Assembly (NCBI GenBank): GCA_951406725.2
Contig: OX597823.1
Location: 3,906,001-3,970,000 of the forward strand
Reading direction: 5' to 3'
Length of the DNA: 64,000 nucleotides
DNA from: Octopus vulgaris
Lineage: Eukaryota
This document shows, piece by piece, positions 24,031 to 38,400 of the stretch; position 1 is the first letter of the stretch; every line of letters begins with the position of its first letter. The position numbers and the translations under genes are program-made. A model generated the notes under the pieces. The model was not told the origin of the DNA. It did no database searches and saw only the letters and a list, made by a program, of their open reading frames with translations.

Positions 24031-24439
24031 CTCTTTACTGTAGAGAAAAGGAGTGCAACCATAGAGATAGAGAAAGGAAAGCATCAGTCATTTACAATGA
24101 CAATTAGACTGAAATACGATCTTTTCTTGCTTCTTTACTGTTAACAATGATGAAAAGGGAAAGACATTTAGTAATGAATAGAGGCAAAGTCTTTTCAGGT
24201 GTTTACGTTTTTATTCCGTGAGTTCTAGAACGATTGAATATTAGTTCTCTCTTTGTTTAATGTTTTCTCTACAAATTACAAAGAAGCCCCACTCTCCCTT
24301 TCTTTTTTTCTTTCATACAAAAACTAATGCAAATTTTGAACAGGGTATAATTGTGATGAAAAGAGCCCAGAAAAATGGGTAATACTCCCTACAAAATGGG
24401 TGGGGGAGAAAATGTGCCAACAGGTGGGTACATGAAATT

Positions 24440-24782
24440 CAACACTATACTTCAAAGAGTGTCTTCTACTATAGCCTCAGGCTAACCAAAGTGAACTTGG
24501 TGGACGGAAACTGAAAGAAGCCCATCATGTAAATATATATATATAAGTACATATTTATATGTATGTGTTTGTCCCTCCACCACCCCACCCCCACCACCAT
24601 TGCTTGACAACCAATGATGGTGTGTTAACATCCTCATAACTTAGTTGTTTGGCAGAAGCGACTGATAGAATAAGCACCAGGCTTACAGGGAATAAGTCCA
24701 GGTGGTCGATTTCTTCAATTAAAGGGTGGTGCTTCAGCATGGCCACCGTCAAATGACTGAAACAAGTAAAAGAAGAAAAAAA
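24440..24782 (+). mobile_element. SINE family A, 5'-truncated
   Basis: gtgtcttctactatagcctcagg...ggaaactgaaagaagccc...aaatgactgaaacaagtaaaaga. Confidence 0.75.
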
Positions 24783-25160
24783 TACCAGAAGGACGTTCCG
24801 AACCACTAAACCAAGAAGGCTCTTTAAATATATACGATGTATTTTAAGTCTAAATAGTAATTCTGTTTATGTTTGCGTCACTGAGATATTTTGGTTGAGT
24901 ATATAGTTATCAGTTTTACACTTCTTTCAGTATTCTGTAACATAGAAACATTTCTCATGGTACCAGCACACAATTTACAGATGCTTACATTGTTAAACAT
25001 TTTCCGTGAATTATTCACAGATCCAGCTAGTTAATTTATAATTATAATAGGACACACACGGTGCCAGCATTGTCATGAAAATCAGAGTTGAAAAATCCTC
25101 TAAGAAAACCACCAATCACTGGAAAAATAATAAGCACAACAGAATTTGGGCTACGAGCAC

Positions 25161-25194
<34 letters not shown>

Positions 25195-25296
25195 AGCTCT
25201 CCAGACCTCAGTCAATTCAACCATCCAACCCATGCCGGCTTGGAAAATGGATGTTAAACGATGATGATAATGATGATGAGGAGATATATATATATA

Positions 25297-25902
25297 TCTC
25301 TTATTATAAAAGGCAGATTTTATCTGCCTCCCTTTGGGAGTTATACAAATCTACAATATAGGATTTCTTCAATTACAATTTACCTAGCAGTTTTAAGAGT
25401 ACAATGCATCGCGTCATGCCAGGTCCAGTTTTTAAAATTTAAACTCCAATTAAGCAAAATTTACAGAAAACTCACATTCTGGTGTGTGTGTCAAATGCTT
25501 TTCTTAGTCTGGTTTACACCACACGCAAACGCACACACACAGTGGGCAAGGAATAAAATGAAAGTAATTCACTTACTGTAGTGAGTGATTCTTTCACTCT
25601 GCCTCCCACTTCCTCTTTACACACATAGAAAAAACTTTTATTTTTTTACATAAGTAATGAGAGCGAAAGAGACTAAGAGAAAGCGATTGTATGACGAGGG
25701 AAGTTCCTTTGAAGTTACCGTGCATGGGACTCATTGATGTACATGTGTGTGTGTGTTTGATGGAGTGTGGGAGACAGACAGTATGTTGTGTAAGTGAAGT
25801 GCTTCTGTTAGTGTGTGTGAAGAGACAGAGAGAGTAATGTGTGAAAGAGAGAGATAACTGAAATTTTTTACTCGGTTTATGTGTATATGTATGTATGCAT
25901 GT

Positions 25903-25934
<32 letters not shown>

Positions 25935-26795
25935 GTGTGTGTATGTATGTATTTATATATAAAAGAAAGGTTGTGTGTCTGTCTACTCCGATTTAGATTC
26001 CTAACTACTCCCACATTTTGCGATGCAGTTTAACCAAAACCGGGTATCTTATAGTCGTGATTCATATTGAGCCCTTCTGGGTATTAGCGCGCGTCTACCA
26101 TGAGTCTATGATTTTACAAATAATTTACCATCATTTTTTTCCATTTTAATGCATATTTTAAAAAATAAACGGAAGTAACTCTCAAACTTCACACCAATAT
26201 GCGTGCTCATATGCGACGTAATATCACATCACCAGCATTTCCTCACACCCTCCTTGCACTTGGCGAAGGCAAAATACCAGGGGATGAAAATGGTAATATT
26301 GCCATCGATTCCATTTGTACCATTGTTAAGACGCCTTCTGATCTCAGAGATGCAGTGTTCCCAGATTTACAAGCTAATTATCAGAATATGGATTGGATTG
26401 GCAAAAAGGCTATACTGGCCCCGAGGAATAAAACTGTTCACCATATTAATGATGAAATGCTAAAACTCATTCCTGGGGAAGTCTATGTGTATCAGTCTAT
26501 CGATACAACTCCTGACCCAGAGGACGTCATCAACTATCCAATAGAGGTACTCAATTCCTTTGAGCACCCCGGACTACCACCACACTTTCTCAAACTTAAA
26601 GTTAGTGCCCCTATAATGCTCATCAGAAATTTGGTTCCCCCAAAACAATGCAATGGCACACGTTTGGCGTTAAGTCCTTATCTCCCAGCGTAAGCTTATT
26701 TCAATATTTGCCTGAATAATCATCATAATTCAGTGCAATCATTAACAGTACTTTCAAGCAATTCAGCCCCGAGCAACGCCGGGCAATTCTGCTAG
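25297..26795 (+). mobile_element. Non-autonomous Helitron with a Pif1-like helicase fragment
   Basis: 5' A|TCTCTTATTATAAAA; second 5'-like end TTTATATATAAAAGAAAG at ~25952; 3' hairpin GCCCCGAGCAACGCCGGGC and CTAG|T at 26792-26796. Confidence 0.85.
26185..26680 (+). pseudogene. Helitron RepHel Pif1-family helicase fragment
   Basis: LLALGEGKIP; KAILAPRNKTVHHIN; YPIEVLNSFEHPGLPPHFLKLKVSAPIMLIRNL..PKQCNGTRL. Confidence 0.9.
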
Positions 26796-27264
26796 TATAT
26801 ATATATAAAAACACACACAGACACACATACATACACATATGCATATGTGTGAGATGAATTTGTGGAGGTTGATACTTATCTCATTCAAATTGTCAATTTG
26901 TAATACAAGACTCAATAATTAACCCAGCTTCTTCTTGTTTCATGTTATGATAACAAAGAACTCAACGAACAAGAAAAGAAAACATTGAAAAGATGAGGTG
27001 TTCTTTGCTTGCAATGTGACTTGCTATCAAATATTCTTGCTGTTTTTTAAAGGCAACATTATATTGTAGCAATGAAGCAAAGATTTTGTTGAATGTAATG
27101 CAGTCTGTGTTTAAATGGAAGGTTTTAATGTCTGATAGTAAAGTGGAGGAAGAAAATGACAAGCCAACAGGCAAGCCAGCCAGTCAACCTGTCAGCTAAA
27201 TTAACCCAGTAAATATCAATGAAAATGTTTAGTACATGATATGGCTTGCTGGTTTAATCATTAT

Positions 27265-27920
27265 GGCAGTGAACTGGCAGAAACATTGGCATGCTGAGCA
27301 AAATCCTTAGCGGTATTTCGTCTGCCGCTACGTTCTGAGTTCAAATTCCGCCGGGGTCGACTTTGCCTTTCATCCTTTCGGGGTCGATTAAATAAGTACC
27401 AGTTACGCACTGGGGTCGATATAATCGACTTAATCCATCTGTCTGTCCGTGTTTGTCTCCTCTGTGTTTAGCCCCTTGTGGGTAGTAAAGAAATAGGTAT
27501 TTCGGCTGTCCTTACATTCTGAGTTCAAATTCTGTCATGCTTAACTTTGCCTTTCATCCTTCTGGGGTCGATAAAATAAGTACCATTTGCATACTGGGGT
27601 CGGTGTAATTGACCATCCCCCTCCTGCAAGTTTCAGGCATTGTGCCGAGAGTAGAGAGAATTATTATTATTGCCATTATTGTTGTTATTATTATCTAGGG
27701 CAAAGGTAGTGAGCTGGCAGAATGATTCAAGTTTTGGAGAAAATGCTTTGCAGGATTTGTTTCAATTCTTTACATTCTGAGTTCAAATCCCATCAAGGTC
27801 AACTTACCTTTCATCTCTTGGGGGAAATAAAGTACCAGTCAAATACTGGAGTTCATGTAATCAACTGATCTTATCCCCTCTAAAAATTGCTAATCTTATG
27901 CCAAAATTTGAAACAGTTAT
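27265..27920 (+). mobile_element. Cluster of three SINE family B copies
   Basis: The motif gagttcaaat...ctttcatc...aagtacca occurs near 27340, 27520 and 27780; each copy ends in an A-rich or (ATT)n tail. Confidence 0.8.
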
Positions 27921-27929
27921 TATTATTAT

Positions 27930-28933
27930 TACATGTTTGACTTTTGCTTTGTATTTGTACAAATTGACTCCAAGTCTCACCCAGAGATCTCAAGAGACAA
28001 CATGTAAAAAGTTCATGTTGGTGTTATGCCTAGGGTGTCAAATATTTGGTTTTGTACAGGGTATTGTTCTAGAGAATGTTTAAGGAAACATAAGAAAATT
28101 ATGAGTTTGTTTTAAAATTTAGGATTACATCGACAGTATTTTATGTAGGATATGGGCAGTTCCCATGAGCACTGTCTTTTGAATTTCTGCCATTTTGTGG
28201 TTTCCTGGTATCTGAGCTAGGTAGCGATCAGCCCCTTTTGCTATTATTCTCAGGGCACCTATGACAACAGGCATTGTTTTAGTTTTCAGGTTCCACATTT
28301 TGCTAATTTCTATTTCCAGATCTTTATATTTGCTGTTTTTGGTATGTCTTGACAGATACATTTATATCGATTGGGACAGTCATATCAATGAGGAGGCACG
28401 TTCTTTGTCTGAAGTCTTTCAATAGGATGTCTGGCCTATTTGCATCTATCTTTCTGTCAGTTTGAATGGTGAATTTCCAGAGGAGTGAGATGTGATCATT
28501 TTCAAGCACTGGAGATGGTTTGTGTTCCCACCAGTTTTTATCATGGGGCAGGTCCAGGTTCTTGCAAATTACCCAGTGAATATATTGTGCTGCCCTATCA
28601 TGCCTGTTGAGATACTCTGTAGGCGCAAGAAGACTGCACATGGAGACATGATCAATAGTTTCATTTCATTGTTTACATACATGACATGTTTGGTTACTGC
28701 TGTTCTTTAATATGTTGGCCTGGTAGTTCCTTGCAGATAGGTATTGATCTTGAGTTGCTATGATAAACCCTTCTGTTTTCTGATTTTAAGCCAGTAGACA
28801 CTAATCATTAATGGGTAAGGGCTTTATCAACATCGGTACTATTAGCTCTCTTTTGGGTATTTGCCATTGAGTGGTTTTCCTTGTCATTTGTCAGTAAGAA
28901 TATCTGACGCAGCAGTTCTTGCATGGGTTTACA
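27930..28933 (-). pseudogene. R4/Dong-like non-LTR retrotransposon 3' portion (CCHC knuckle, RLE) inserted in (ATT)n
   Basis: EYLNRHDRAAQYIHWVIC; TIQTDRKIDANRPDILL; CLLIDMTVP; KYKDLEIEI. Frameshifted; (ATT)n on both sides. Confidence 0.88.
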
Positions 28934-28977
28934 TACACCACCACCACCATTATTATTATTATTATTATTATTATTAA

Positions 28978-29200
28978 GGGTGTCAAGCTGACAGAGTCAT
29001 CGATGTCGGAGAAAAATGCTTAGTAGTATTTTGTTAAGCACTTTACATTCTGAGTTCATATCCTGCCAAGATCAATTTTATCTTTCATACTTTTGGGAGA
29101 TCATTGAAATAAAATACCAGTCATGTACTGAGACCAACATAATCAACTTACCTTCTCCTCTTAAAATTGCTGACTTTGTACCAAAATTTGAAACAACTAT
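28978..29200 (+). mobile_element. SINE family B, degenerate
   Basis: aagctgacagagtc...aaatgcttagtag...ctgagttcatatcc...ccaaaatttgaaac. Confidence 0.6.
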
Positions 29201-30039
29201 TGAGGATAATTTTAATGGTGTGTGTTATGCTTTCTTTGCAATGATAACATCCTGGGGTACTTAGATGTTTCAAGAACTTTCTGGACTCAACTCTTGTTTG
29301 ACATGACATTATTAATAGATGTTTTGGTAGGTTTATTATGTGATTGCCATGGTAACAATAATATATCAGTTTCTCTTTCGGTATCAACAAGCTTTAAATT
29401 TGTTTCCTTATTACTGTTGATGTCAGTTTTCCTAGAACAATAGTATGATCACAGTGGCTGGTGTCGATTTGTTGCTAAGCTACACAATTCTATGTTGAAG
29501 TTTGTCTTACATTCAACAATTAATAATATAGATTTTGCATTCATTCTTCTACAATTCTTTTGAAGATTTTCGTGAATTCAGTTAATATCTTTCTGTCTAG
29601 TTTTGTTAATGTATATGTGTTGTTATGGCTCCTTGTTATAGATGCAATGTCAGCAAAGAGCACATGAAACAGCAACAAACTAAAGAGCACATACACTGTG
29701 GCCAAGGAAGCTGGACACTATTGAGAATTTACGAGGGAGTTTTGTAGCCTATATTGGCAGCTGGCCCCAGGCAGCTCTGGTGTCACGTTTGAAGAGACCA
29801 AAACACCTACAAAGCTGTTTCACCACCTGATGGAACATCAACTCCTGCATTCAGAGATGGAGTACAGCAGCACCCTCAGCACTCATGTGTTGCATAATGC
29901 TGTGGTTTTACCTGAGAGAAGATTTCTTCATAGACATGATCTCACAGCATTACACCTTTCAATGGTGTGTATACATTAAGTGTGGTACATATATGGCTAT
30001 TTAAGTTTAATACTGTTTCCATTGTATACATGAAGTTTT

Positions 30040-30660
30040 GTATATATATATTTCTTTTTACTTGTTAAATCTTGGAGGAAGGAAAAGTATACACGATCCT
30101 TGCAGGTTCTTTAGAGATATTAATGCTGTTAATATTCTGTTTAGGCTGTTGAAGTCCAGCACCTGCATGAAAGGCATAAGACGGGAACAATTTCCAGCGA
30201 TTGATGTTCTAGGGAAGATGGATAGAGTATAGTGGTTAGTGCAGAGAAAGCAAGGGTTGGATACAACAAGGGTGATGAGAGGTTGGTATCAGCAGTTGTT
30301 GGGGCTGAAATATCTTCTAGTCCAAAGAAAAGAGCTAGTCTTTGGGATGAGGTCCTAGCTGTGCTAAGAATGTGCTTTTGCCAAGGAAGATCCTTGGTGA
30401 CGTTAAGGGCTCTAGCTGAGGGGATATGGTGCTCTGATGTTTTCTTGATGGGAGTAGTGCTTGAGTAGGATTGCTGTTAAAAAAGAGACAAGACTCTACT
30501 AAAGGATGTGGTGTCTAGGTTGTGTGTGGATGGTGCATGGTTAGGAAGGAATGAAGGGTTGTGTTACCTGCATGAGAGTAGGTGTTGTTGGGTGTGGTGG
30601 GAAGTAGGTCATGACATATAGAGGAAAGAAAGCAGGGAGTGCATTAAATTTTATATTTCT
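30040..30660 (-). mobile_element. Old LINE 3' remnant (possibly CR1/Jockey-type)
   Basis: Decayed minus-strand coding with FPRTS..W..P-like motifs typical of LINE C-termini; many stops. Confidence 0.3.
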
Positions 30661-31449
30661 GTTTTATTTTATTTTTATTTTTATTTTATTTATTTGCTGG
30701 TGATTTTCCAGTTTTCACAAAAATATATTATTAAGTTTGGCAGGAAATTTCAGTTGAAAAATGTGTCATTTGCACAATATTCTTGTGAACAACGGATGTT
30801 AAATGATGATGATGATGATTGTATGGTTAAAGTTGATGGTGCAGTGGTGAGAATCTGTTAAGTTATCATTTACTGAAACAAATAAAAAAGTAGCAAGTCT
30901 TGGAATTAGTTACAATAAAATATCAAGGAAATTACACCAGGCAGAAGAGGTGGTGGTGGGTAGGATGCTGTAAAGAAATAGACACGGAAATGTATTTAAG
31001 AAATTCTGTTGGAATCTCTGGAAAGTGGCAGTGATTTGGTTAATTTCATTAACAGACTGATGTCTTCTCTTTATTTGTTAACCTGTGAGATTGTGTGTAT
31101 GTGTTTGTGTGTGTGTGTATATATATATATATATCATGATGATGATGATATATATATGTATATATATATACATACATACATATACATGCATACACACAAA
31201 CATACATAAGGTGGTGGAGTGGCAGTGGTGGTGTTGGTAGTAGTTGTGGTAGCAGTAGTGGTGGTGGTGGTGGTGGTGGCTGTTAGTTTTTGGGATGGTG
31301 GCATTTGTGTTGTTGGTTATAGTTATAAAGATAGTCGTTGAAAAGAGCAGCACTGGCAGTAAAAACCAATGTGTTGTCTGAAGCTTTGATGAATGGATGG
31401 CAGAGTCAGTGAGGATGGTGATGGTAGTATAGCAGTTGATGGTATGAAC

Positions 31450-32085
31450 CAGTGGTTCTCAACCAGGGTTCACATGACCCTTGCATGTCCGTATAAGATT
31501 CTGTTGTTAAAAATTATGTACAATAAGGTGCGAGAGTAGCTGTGTGGTAAGTAGCTTGCTTACCAACCACATGGTTCAGGGATTAGTCCTACCGTGTGGC
31601 ACCTTGGGCAAGTGTCTTCTACTATAGTCTCAAGCTGATCAAAGCCTTGTGAGTGGATTTGCTAGATTGCTAGATGGAAACTGAAAGAAGCCCGTCATGT
31701 GTGTGTGTCTGTCTGTCTGTCTGTATTTGTTCCCCCACCATCGCTTGACATCCAATGCTGGTGTGTTTACGTCCCCGTAACTTAGCAGTCGACCAAAGAG
31801 ACCGATAGAATAAGTACTAGGCATACAAAGAATGAGTCCTGGAGTCAATTTGTTTGACTAAAGGCTCCAGCATGGCCACAGTCAAATGACTGAAAAGCAT
31901 AAAAGAATAAATTGGTTATACTTCTAAAATACACAGAATATTTTAACAATTTTATACAAATTCTAATATCTATAAATTTACAATAAGGTTTTTTTTTTCT
32001 AACATTGAATAGTTATGAGGGTCCATCCAAGTAAAACAGGAATCCATAGGAGTCCATAGATGAAAAAAATGGCTGAGAACCACTG
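31450..32085. mobile_element. hAT-like MITE hosting a nested SINE A
   Basis: TIRs CAGTGGTTCTCAACC...GGCTGAGAACCACTG; the TSD is decayed. Confidence 0.75.
31528..31910 (+). mobile_element. SINE family A, full length
   Basis: Colinear homolog of 8808-9202; flanked by AATAA on both sides. Confidence 0.85.
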
Positions 32086-32197
32086 GCACTGACAGATATG
32101 ACAGTAATGAATCTTAGTCGCTCAATGATAGAGATTCAGTTGTTCAATGAATTGAATAACCTTCTCTTAAATTAATGGGTCTGCCACAAGGTTCAGT

Positions 32198-32484
32198 CCT
32201 TGTTGCTGTGTGGTGGCCTACATGCTTAAATGATCATGAAAGCTAAGCTGGTCGAGTGCAAGCTCCTGGTAGTGTCTCCAACCATACCGGACAGGTCAAA
32301 GGACAGAAGCCAAATTAATGTGCACCAATAATTTCCAGAGGTAAAAATGAGTTTGCAAAGGGCCAACAGCCCGACCTAATGAAATAGCAAAGTTACAGAA
32401 GCATTAATGGCAATTCAAGACTAACAAGACCCAGAAGTGGAAAGCTTTCGTTCAGGGAAACATATCAGTTGGGATACTAAGGCA
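32198..32484 (+). mobile_element. RTE-type 5' leader fused to the start of an RTE ORF C-terminal remnant
   Basis: ggtggcctacatgc...aagctggtcgagtgcaagctcctggtagtgtctccaaccataccggacaggtcaaagg...ttacagaa resembles RTE/Expander-type 5' UTRs (recall). It is followed by a frame reading SWDTKAELKKQ. Confidence 0.55.
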
Positions 32485-35400
32485 GAATTGAAAAAGCAGA
32501 GAGGACAGCCAAACGGAGTTGAGAAACAGAAAGGATAGCCCAACGGATTCGAGAAACAGAAAGGATAGCTCAACGGAGTTGAGAAACAGAAGGGATAGCC
32601 CAATGGAGTTGATAAAAAGAAAGGATAGCCCAACGGAGTTGAGAAACAGAAAGGATAGCCCAACGGAGTTAAGAAACAGAGAGGACAGCTCAACGGAGTT
32701 GAGAAACAGAAAAGATAGCCCAACGAGTTGAGAAACAGAAAGGATAGCCCAACTGAGTTGAGAAACAGAAAAGATAGCCCAACGGAGTTGAGAAACAGAA
32801 AGGATAGCACAATGGAGTTGAGAAACAGAAAGGATAACCCAATGGAGTTGAGAAACAGAAAGGATAGCCCAACGGAGTTGAGAAACAGAAAGGATAACCC
32901 AACTGAGTTGAGAAACAGAAAGGATAACCCAACTGAGTTGAGAAACAGAAAGGATAGCTCAACGGAGTTGAGAAACAGAAATGATAGCCCAACGAGTTGA
33001 GAAACAGAAAGGATAACCCAACGGAGTTGAGAAACAGAAAGGATAGCTCAACGGAATTGAGAAACAGAAAGAATAACCCAACGGAGTTGTAAAAGCCGAA
33101 AGGACAGCCCAACGGAGTTATAAAAGCCGAAAGGACAGCCCAACGGAGTTGAGAAACAGAAAAGATAGCCAACGGAGTTGAAAAACCTGAAAGGACAGCC
33201 AACGGAGTTGAGAAACAGGAAGCATAGCCCAAAGGATTTGAAAAAGCAGAAGAGATAGCCCAATGGAGTTGCGAAACAGAAGGATAGCTCAACGGAGTTG
33301 AGAAACAGAAGGGATAGCTCAACGTAGTTGAGAAACAAAAAGGATAGCTCAAGGGAGTTGAGAAATAGAAAGGATAGCTCAAAGGAGTTGAGAAACAGAA
33401 CGGGCAGCCCAAGGGATCAGAGAAACAGAAAGGATAGCTCAACGGAGTTGAGAAACAGAAAGGATAGCCCAACAGAGTTGAGAAACACAAAGGATAACCC
33501 AACGTAGTTGAGAAACAGAAAGGATATCCCAACGGAGTTGAGAAACAGAAAGAATAGCCCAACAGGGTTGAGAAAAAGAAAGGATAACTCAACGGAGTTG
33601 AAAAAGCAGAAGGGATAGCTCAACGGAATTGATAAACAGAAAGAATAGCCCAACGGATTTGAGAAACAGAAAGGATAACCGAACGGATTTGAGAAACAGA
33701 AATGATACCTCAACGGAGTTGAGAAACAGAAAGGATAGCTCAACAGAGTTGAGAAACAGAAAGGATAGCCCAACGGAGTTGAGAAACAGAAAGGATAACC
33801 CAACGGAGTTGAGAAACAGAAAGGATAACCGAACGGATTTGAGAAACAGAAATGATACCTCAACGGAGTTGAGAAACAGAAAGGATAGCCCAACGGAGTT
33901 GAGAAACAGAAAGGATAGCTCAACGGAGTTGAGAAACAGAAAGGATAGCCCAACGGAGTTAAGAAACAGAGAGGACAGCTCAACGGAGTTGAGAAACAGA
34001 AAAGATAGCCCAACGAGTTGAGAAACAGAAAGGATAGCCCAACTGAGTTGAGAAACAGAAAAGATAGCCCAACGGAGTTGAGAAACAGAAAGGATAGCAC
34101 AATGGAGTTGAGAAACAGAAAGGATAACCCAATGGAGTTGAGAAACAGAAAGGATAGCCCAACGGAGTTGAGAAACAGAAAGGATAACCCAACTGAGTTG
34201 AGAAACAGAAAGGATAACCCAACTGAGTTGAGAAACAGAAAGGATAGCTCAACGGAGTTGAGAAACAGAAATGATAGCCCAACGCAGTTGAGAAACAGAA
34301 AGGATAACCCAACGGAGTTGAGAAACAGAAAGGATAGCTCAACGGAATTGAGAAACAGAAAGAATAACCCAATGGAGTTGTAAAAGCTGAAAGGACAGCC
34401 CAACGGAGTTATAAAAGCCGAAAGGACAGCCCAACGGAGTTGAGAAACAGAAAAGATAGCCAACGGAGTTGAAAAAGCTGAAAGGACAGCCCAACGGAGT
34501 TGAGAAACAGGAAGCATAGCCCAACGGATTTGAAAAAGCAGAAGAGATAGCCCAATGGAGTTGCGAAACAGAAAGGATAGCTCAACGGAGTTGAGAAACA
34601 GAAGGGATAGCTCAACGTAGTTGAGAAACAAAAAGGATAGCTCAAAGGGGTTGAGAAATAGAAAGGATAGCTCAAAGGAGTTGAGAAACAGAACGGGCAG
34701 CCCAAGGGATCAGAGAAACAGAAAGGATAGCTCAACGGAGTTGAGAAACAGAAAGGATAGCCCAACAGAGTTGAGAAACAAAAGGATAACCCAACGTAGT
34801 TGAGAAACAGAAAGGATATCCCAACGGAGTTGAGAAACAGAAAGAATAGCCCAACAGGGTTGAGAAACAGAAAGGATAACCCAACGGAGTTGAAAAAGCA
34901 GAAGGGATAGCTCAACGGAATTGATAAACAGAAAGAATAGCCCAACGGATTCGAGAAACAGAAAGGATAACCGAACGGATTTGAGAAACAGAAATGATAC
35001 CACAACGGAGTTGAGAAACAGAAAGGATAGCCCAACGGAGTTGAGAAACAGAAAGGATAGCTCAACGGAGTTGAGAAACAGAAAGGATAGCCCAACGGAG
35101 TTAAGAAACAGAGAGGACAGCTCAACGGAGTTGAGAAACAGAAAAGATAGCCCAACGAGTTGAGAAACAGAAAGGATAGCCCAACTGAGTTGAGAAACAG
35201 AAAAGATAGCCCAACGGAGTTGAGAAACAGAAAGGATAGCACAATGGAGTTGAGAAACAGAAAGGATAACCCAATGGAGTTGAGAAACAGAAAGGATAGC
35301 CCAACGGAGTTGAGAAACAGAAAGGATAACCCAACTGAGTTGAGAAACAGAAAGGATAACCCAACTGAGTTGAGAAACAGAAAGGATAGCTCAACGGAGT

Positions 35401-38400
35401 TGAGAAACAGAAATGATAGCCCAACGCAGTTGAGAAACAGAAAGGATAACCCAACGGAGTTGAGAAACAGAAAGGATAGCTCAACGGAATTGAGAAACAG
35501 AAAGAATAACCCAATGGAGTTGTAAAAGCTGAAAGGACAGCCCAACGGAGTTATAAAAGCCGAAAGGACAGCCCAACGGAGTTGAGAAACAGAAAAGATA
35601 GCCAACGGAGTTGAAAAAGCTGAAAGGACAGCCCAACGGAGTTGAGAAACAGGAAGCATAGCCCAACGGATTTGAAAAAGCAGAAGAGATAGCCCAATGG
35701 AGTTGCGAAACAGAAAGGATAGCTCAACGGAGTTGAGAAACAGAAGGGATAGCTCAACGTAGCTGAGAAACAAAAAGGATAGCTCAAAGGAGTTGAGAAA
35801 TAGAAAGGATAGCTCAAAGGAGTTGAGAAACAGAACGGGCAGCCCAAGGGATCAGAGAAACAGAAAGGATAGCTCAACGGAGTTGAGAAACAGAAAGGAT
35901 AGCCCAACAGAGTTGAGAAACAAAAGGATAACCCAACGTAGTTGAGAAACAGAAAGGATATCCTAACGGAGTTGAGAAACAGAAAGAATAGCCCAACAGG
36001 GTTGAGAAACAGAAAGGATAACCCAACGGAGTTGAGAAACAGAAAGGATAGCTCAACGGAATTGAGAAACAGAAAGAATAGCCCAACGGATTCGAGAAAC
36101 AGAAAGAAAGGATAACCGAACGGATTTGAGAAACAGAAATGATACCTCAACGAAGTTGAGAAACAGAAAGGATAGCCCAACGGAGTTGGGAAACAGAAAG
36201 GATAGCTCAACAGAGTTGAGAAACAGAAAGGATAGCCCAACGGAGTTGAGAAACAGAAAGGATAACCCAACGGAGTTGAGAAACAGAAAGGATAACCGAA
36301 CGGAGTTGAGAAACAGAAAGGATAGCTCAATGGAGGTGAGAAACAGAAAGGATAACCCAACGGAGTTGAGAAACAGAAAGGATAGCTCAACGGAGTTGAG
36401 AAACAGAAAGGATAACCCAACGTAGTTGAGAAACAGAAAGGATAGCTCAACGGAGTTGAGAAACAGAAAGGATAACCCAACGGAGTTGAGAAACAGAAAG
36501 GATAACCCAACGGAGTTGAGAAACAGAAAGGATAGCTCAACGGAATTGATAAACAGAAAGAATAGCCCAACGGATTTGAGAAACAGAAAGGATAACCGAA
36601 CGGATTTGAGAAACAGAAATGATACCTCAACGGAGTTGAGAAACAGAAAGGATAGCTCAACAGAGTTGAGAAACAGAAAGGATAGCCCAACGGAGTTGGA
36701 GTTGAGAAACAGAAAGGATAACCCAACGGAGTTGAGAAACAGAAAGGATAGCTCAACGGAGTTGAGAAACAGAAATGATACCTCAACGGAGTTGAGAAAC
36801 AGAAAGGATAGCCAACGGAGTTGAGAAACAGAAAGGATAGCTCAACGGAGTTGAGAAACAGAAAGGATAGCCCAACGGAGTTAAGAAACAGAGAGGACAG
36901 CTCAACGGAGTTGAGAAACAGAAAAGATAGCCCAACGAGTTGAGAAACAGAAAGGATAGCCCAACGGAGTTGAGAAACAGAAAGGATAGCTCAACGGAGT
37001 TGAGAAACAGAAAGGATAGCTCAACGGAGTTGAGAAACAGAAAGGATAACCCAATGGAGTTGAGAAACAGAAAGGATAGCCCAACGGAGTTGAGAAACAG
37101 AAAGGATAACCCAACTGAGTTGAGAAACAGAAAGGATAACCCAACGGAGTTGAGAAACAGAAAGGATAGCTCAACGGAGTTGAGAAACAGAAATGATAGC
37201 CCAACGCAGTTGAGAAACAGAAAGGATAACCCAACGGAGTTGAGAAACAGAAAGGATAGCTCAACGGAATTGAGAAACAGAAAGAATAACCCAATGGAGT
37301 TGTAAAAGCTGAAAGGACCAAGAGTTATAAAAGCGAAAGGAAGCCCAACGGAGTTATAAAAGCCGAAAGGACAGCCCAACGGAGTTGAGAAACAGAAAAG
37401 ATAGCCAACGGAGTTGAAAAAGCTGAAAGGACAGCCCAACGGAGTTGAGAAACAGGAAGCATAGCCCAACGGATTTGAAAAAGCAGAAGAGATAGCCCAA
37501 TGGAGTTGCGAAACAGAAAGGATAGCTCAACGGAGTTGAGAAACAGAAGGGATAGCTCAACGTAGTTGAGAAACAAAAGGATAGCTCAAAGGGGTTGAGA
37601 AATAGAAAGGATAGCTCAAAGGAGTTGAGAAACAGAACGGGCAGCCCAAGGGATCAGAGAAACAGAAAGGATAGCTCAACGGAGTTGAGAAACAGAAAGG
37701 ATAGCCCAACAGAGTTGAGAAACAAAAGGATAACCCAACGTAGTTGAGAAACAGAAAGGATATCCCAACGGAGTTGAGAAACAGAAAGAATAAGCCCAAC
37801 AGGGTTGAGAAACAGAAAGGATAACCCAACGGAGTTGAAAAAGCAGAAGGGATAGCTCAACGGAATTGATAAACAGAAAGAATAGCCCAACGGATTCGAG
37901 AAACAGAAAGGATAACCGAACGGATTTGAGAAACAGAAATGATACCTCAACGGAGTTGAGAAACAGAAAGGATAGCCCAACGGAGTTGAGAAACAGAAAG
38001 GATAGCCCAACGGAGTTGAGAAACAGAAAGGATAGCCCAACGGAGTTAAGAAACAGAGAGGACAGCTCAACGGAGTTGAGAAACAGAAAAGATAGCCCAA
38101 CGAGTTGAGAAACAGAAAGGATAGCCCAACTGAGTTGAGAAACAGAAAAGATAGCCCAACGGAGTTGAGAAACAGAAAGGATAGCCCAACGGAGTTGAGA
38201 AACAGAAAGGATAACCCAACTGAGTTGAGAAACAGAAAGGATAACCCAACTGAGTTGAGAAACAGAAAGGATAGCTCAACGGAGTTGAGAAACAGAAATG
38301 ATAGCCCAACGCAGTTGAGAAACAGAAAGGATAACCCAACGGAGTTGAGAAACAGAAAGGATAGCTCAACGGAATTGAGAAACAGAAAGAATAACCCAAT

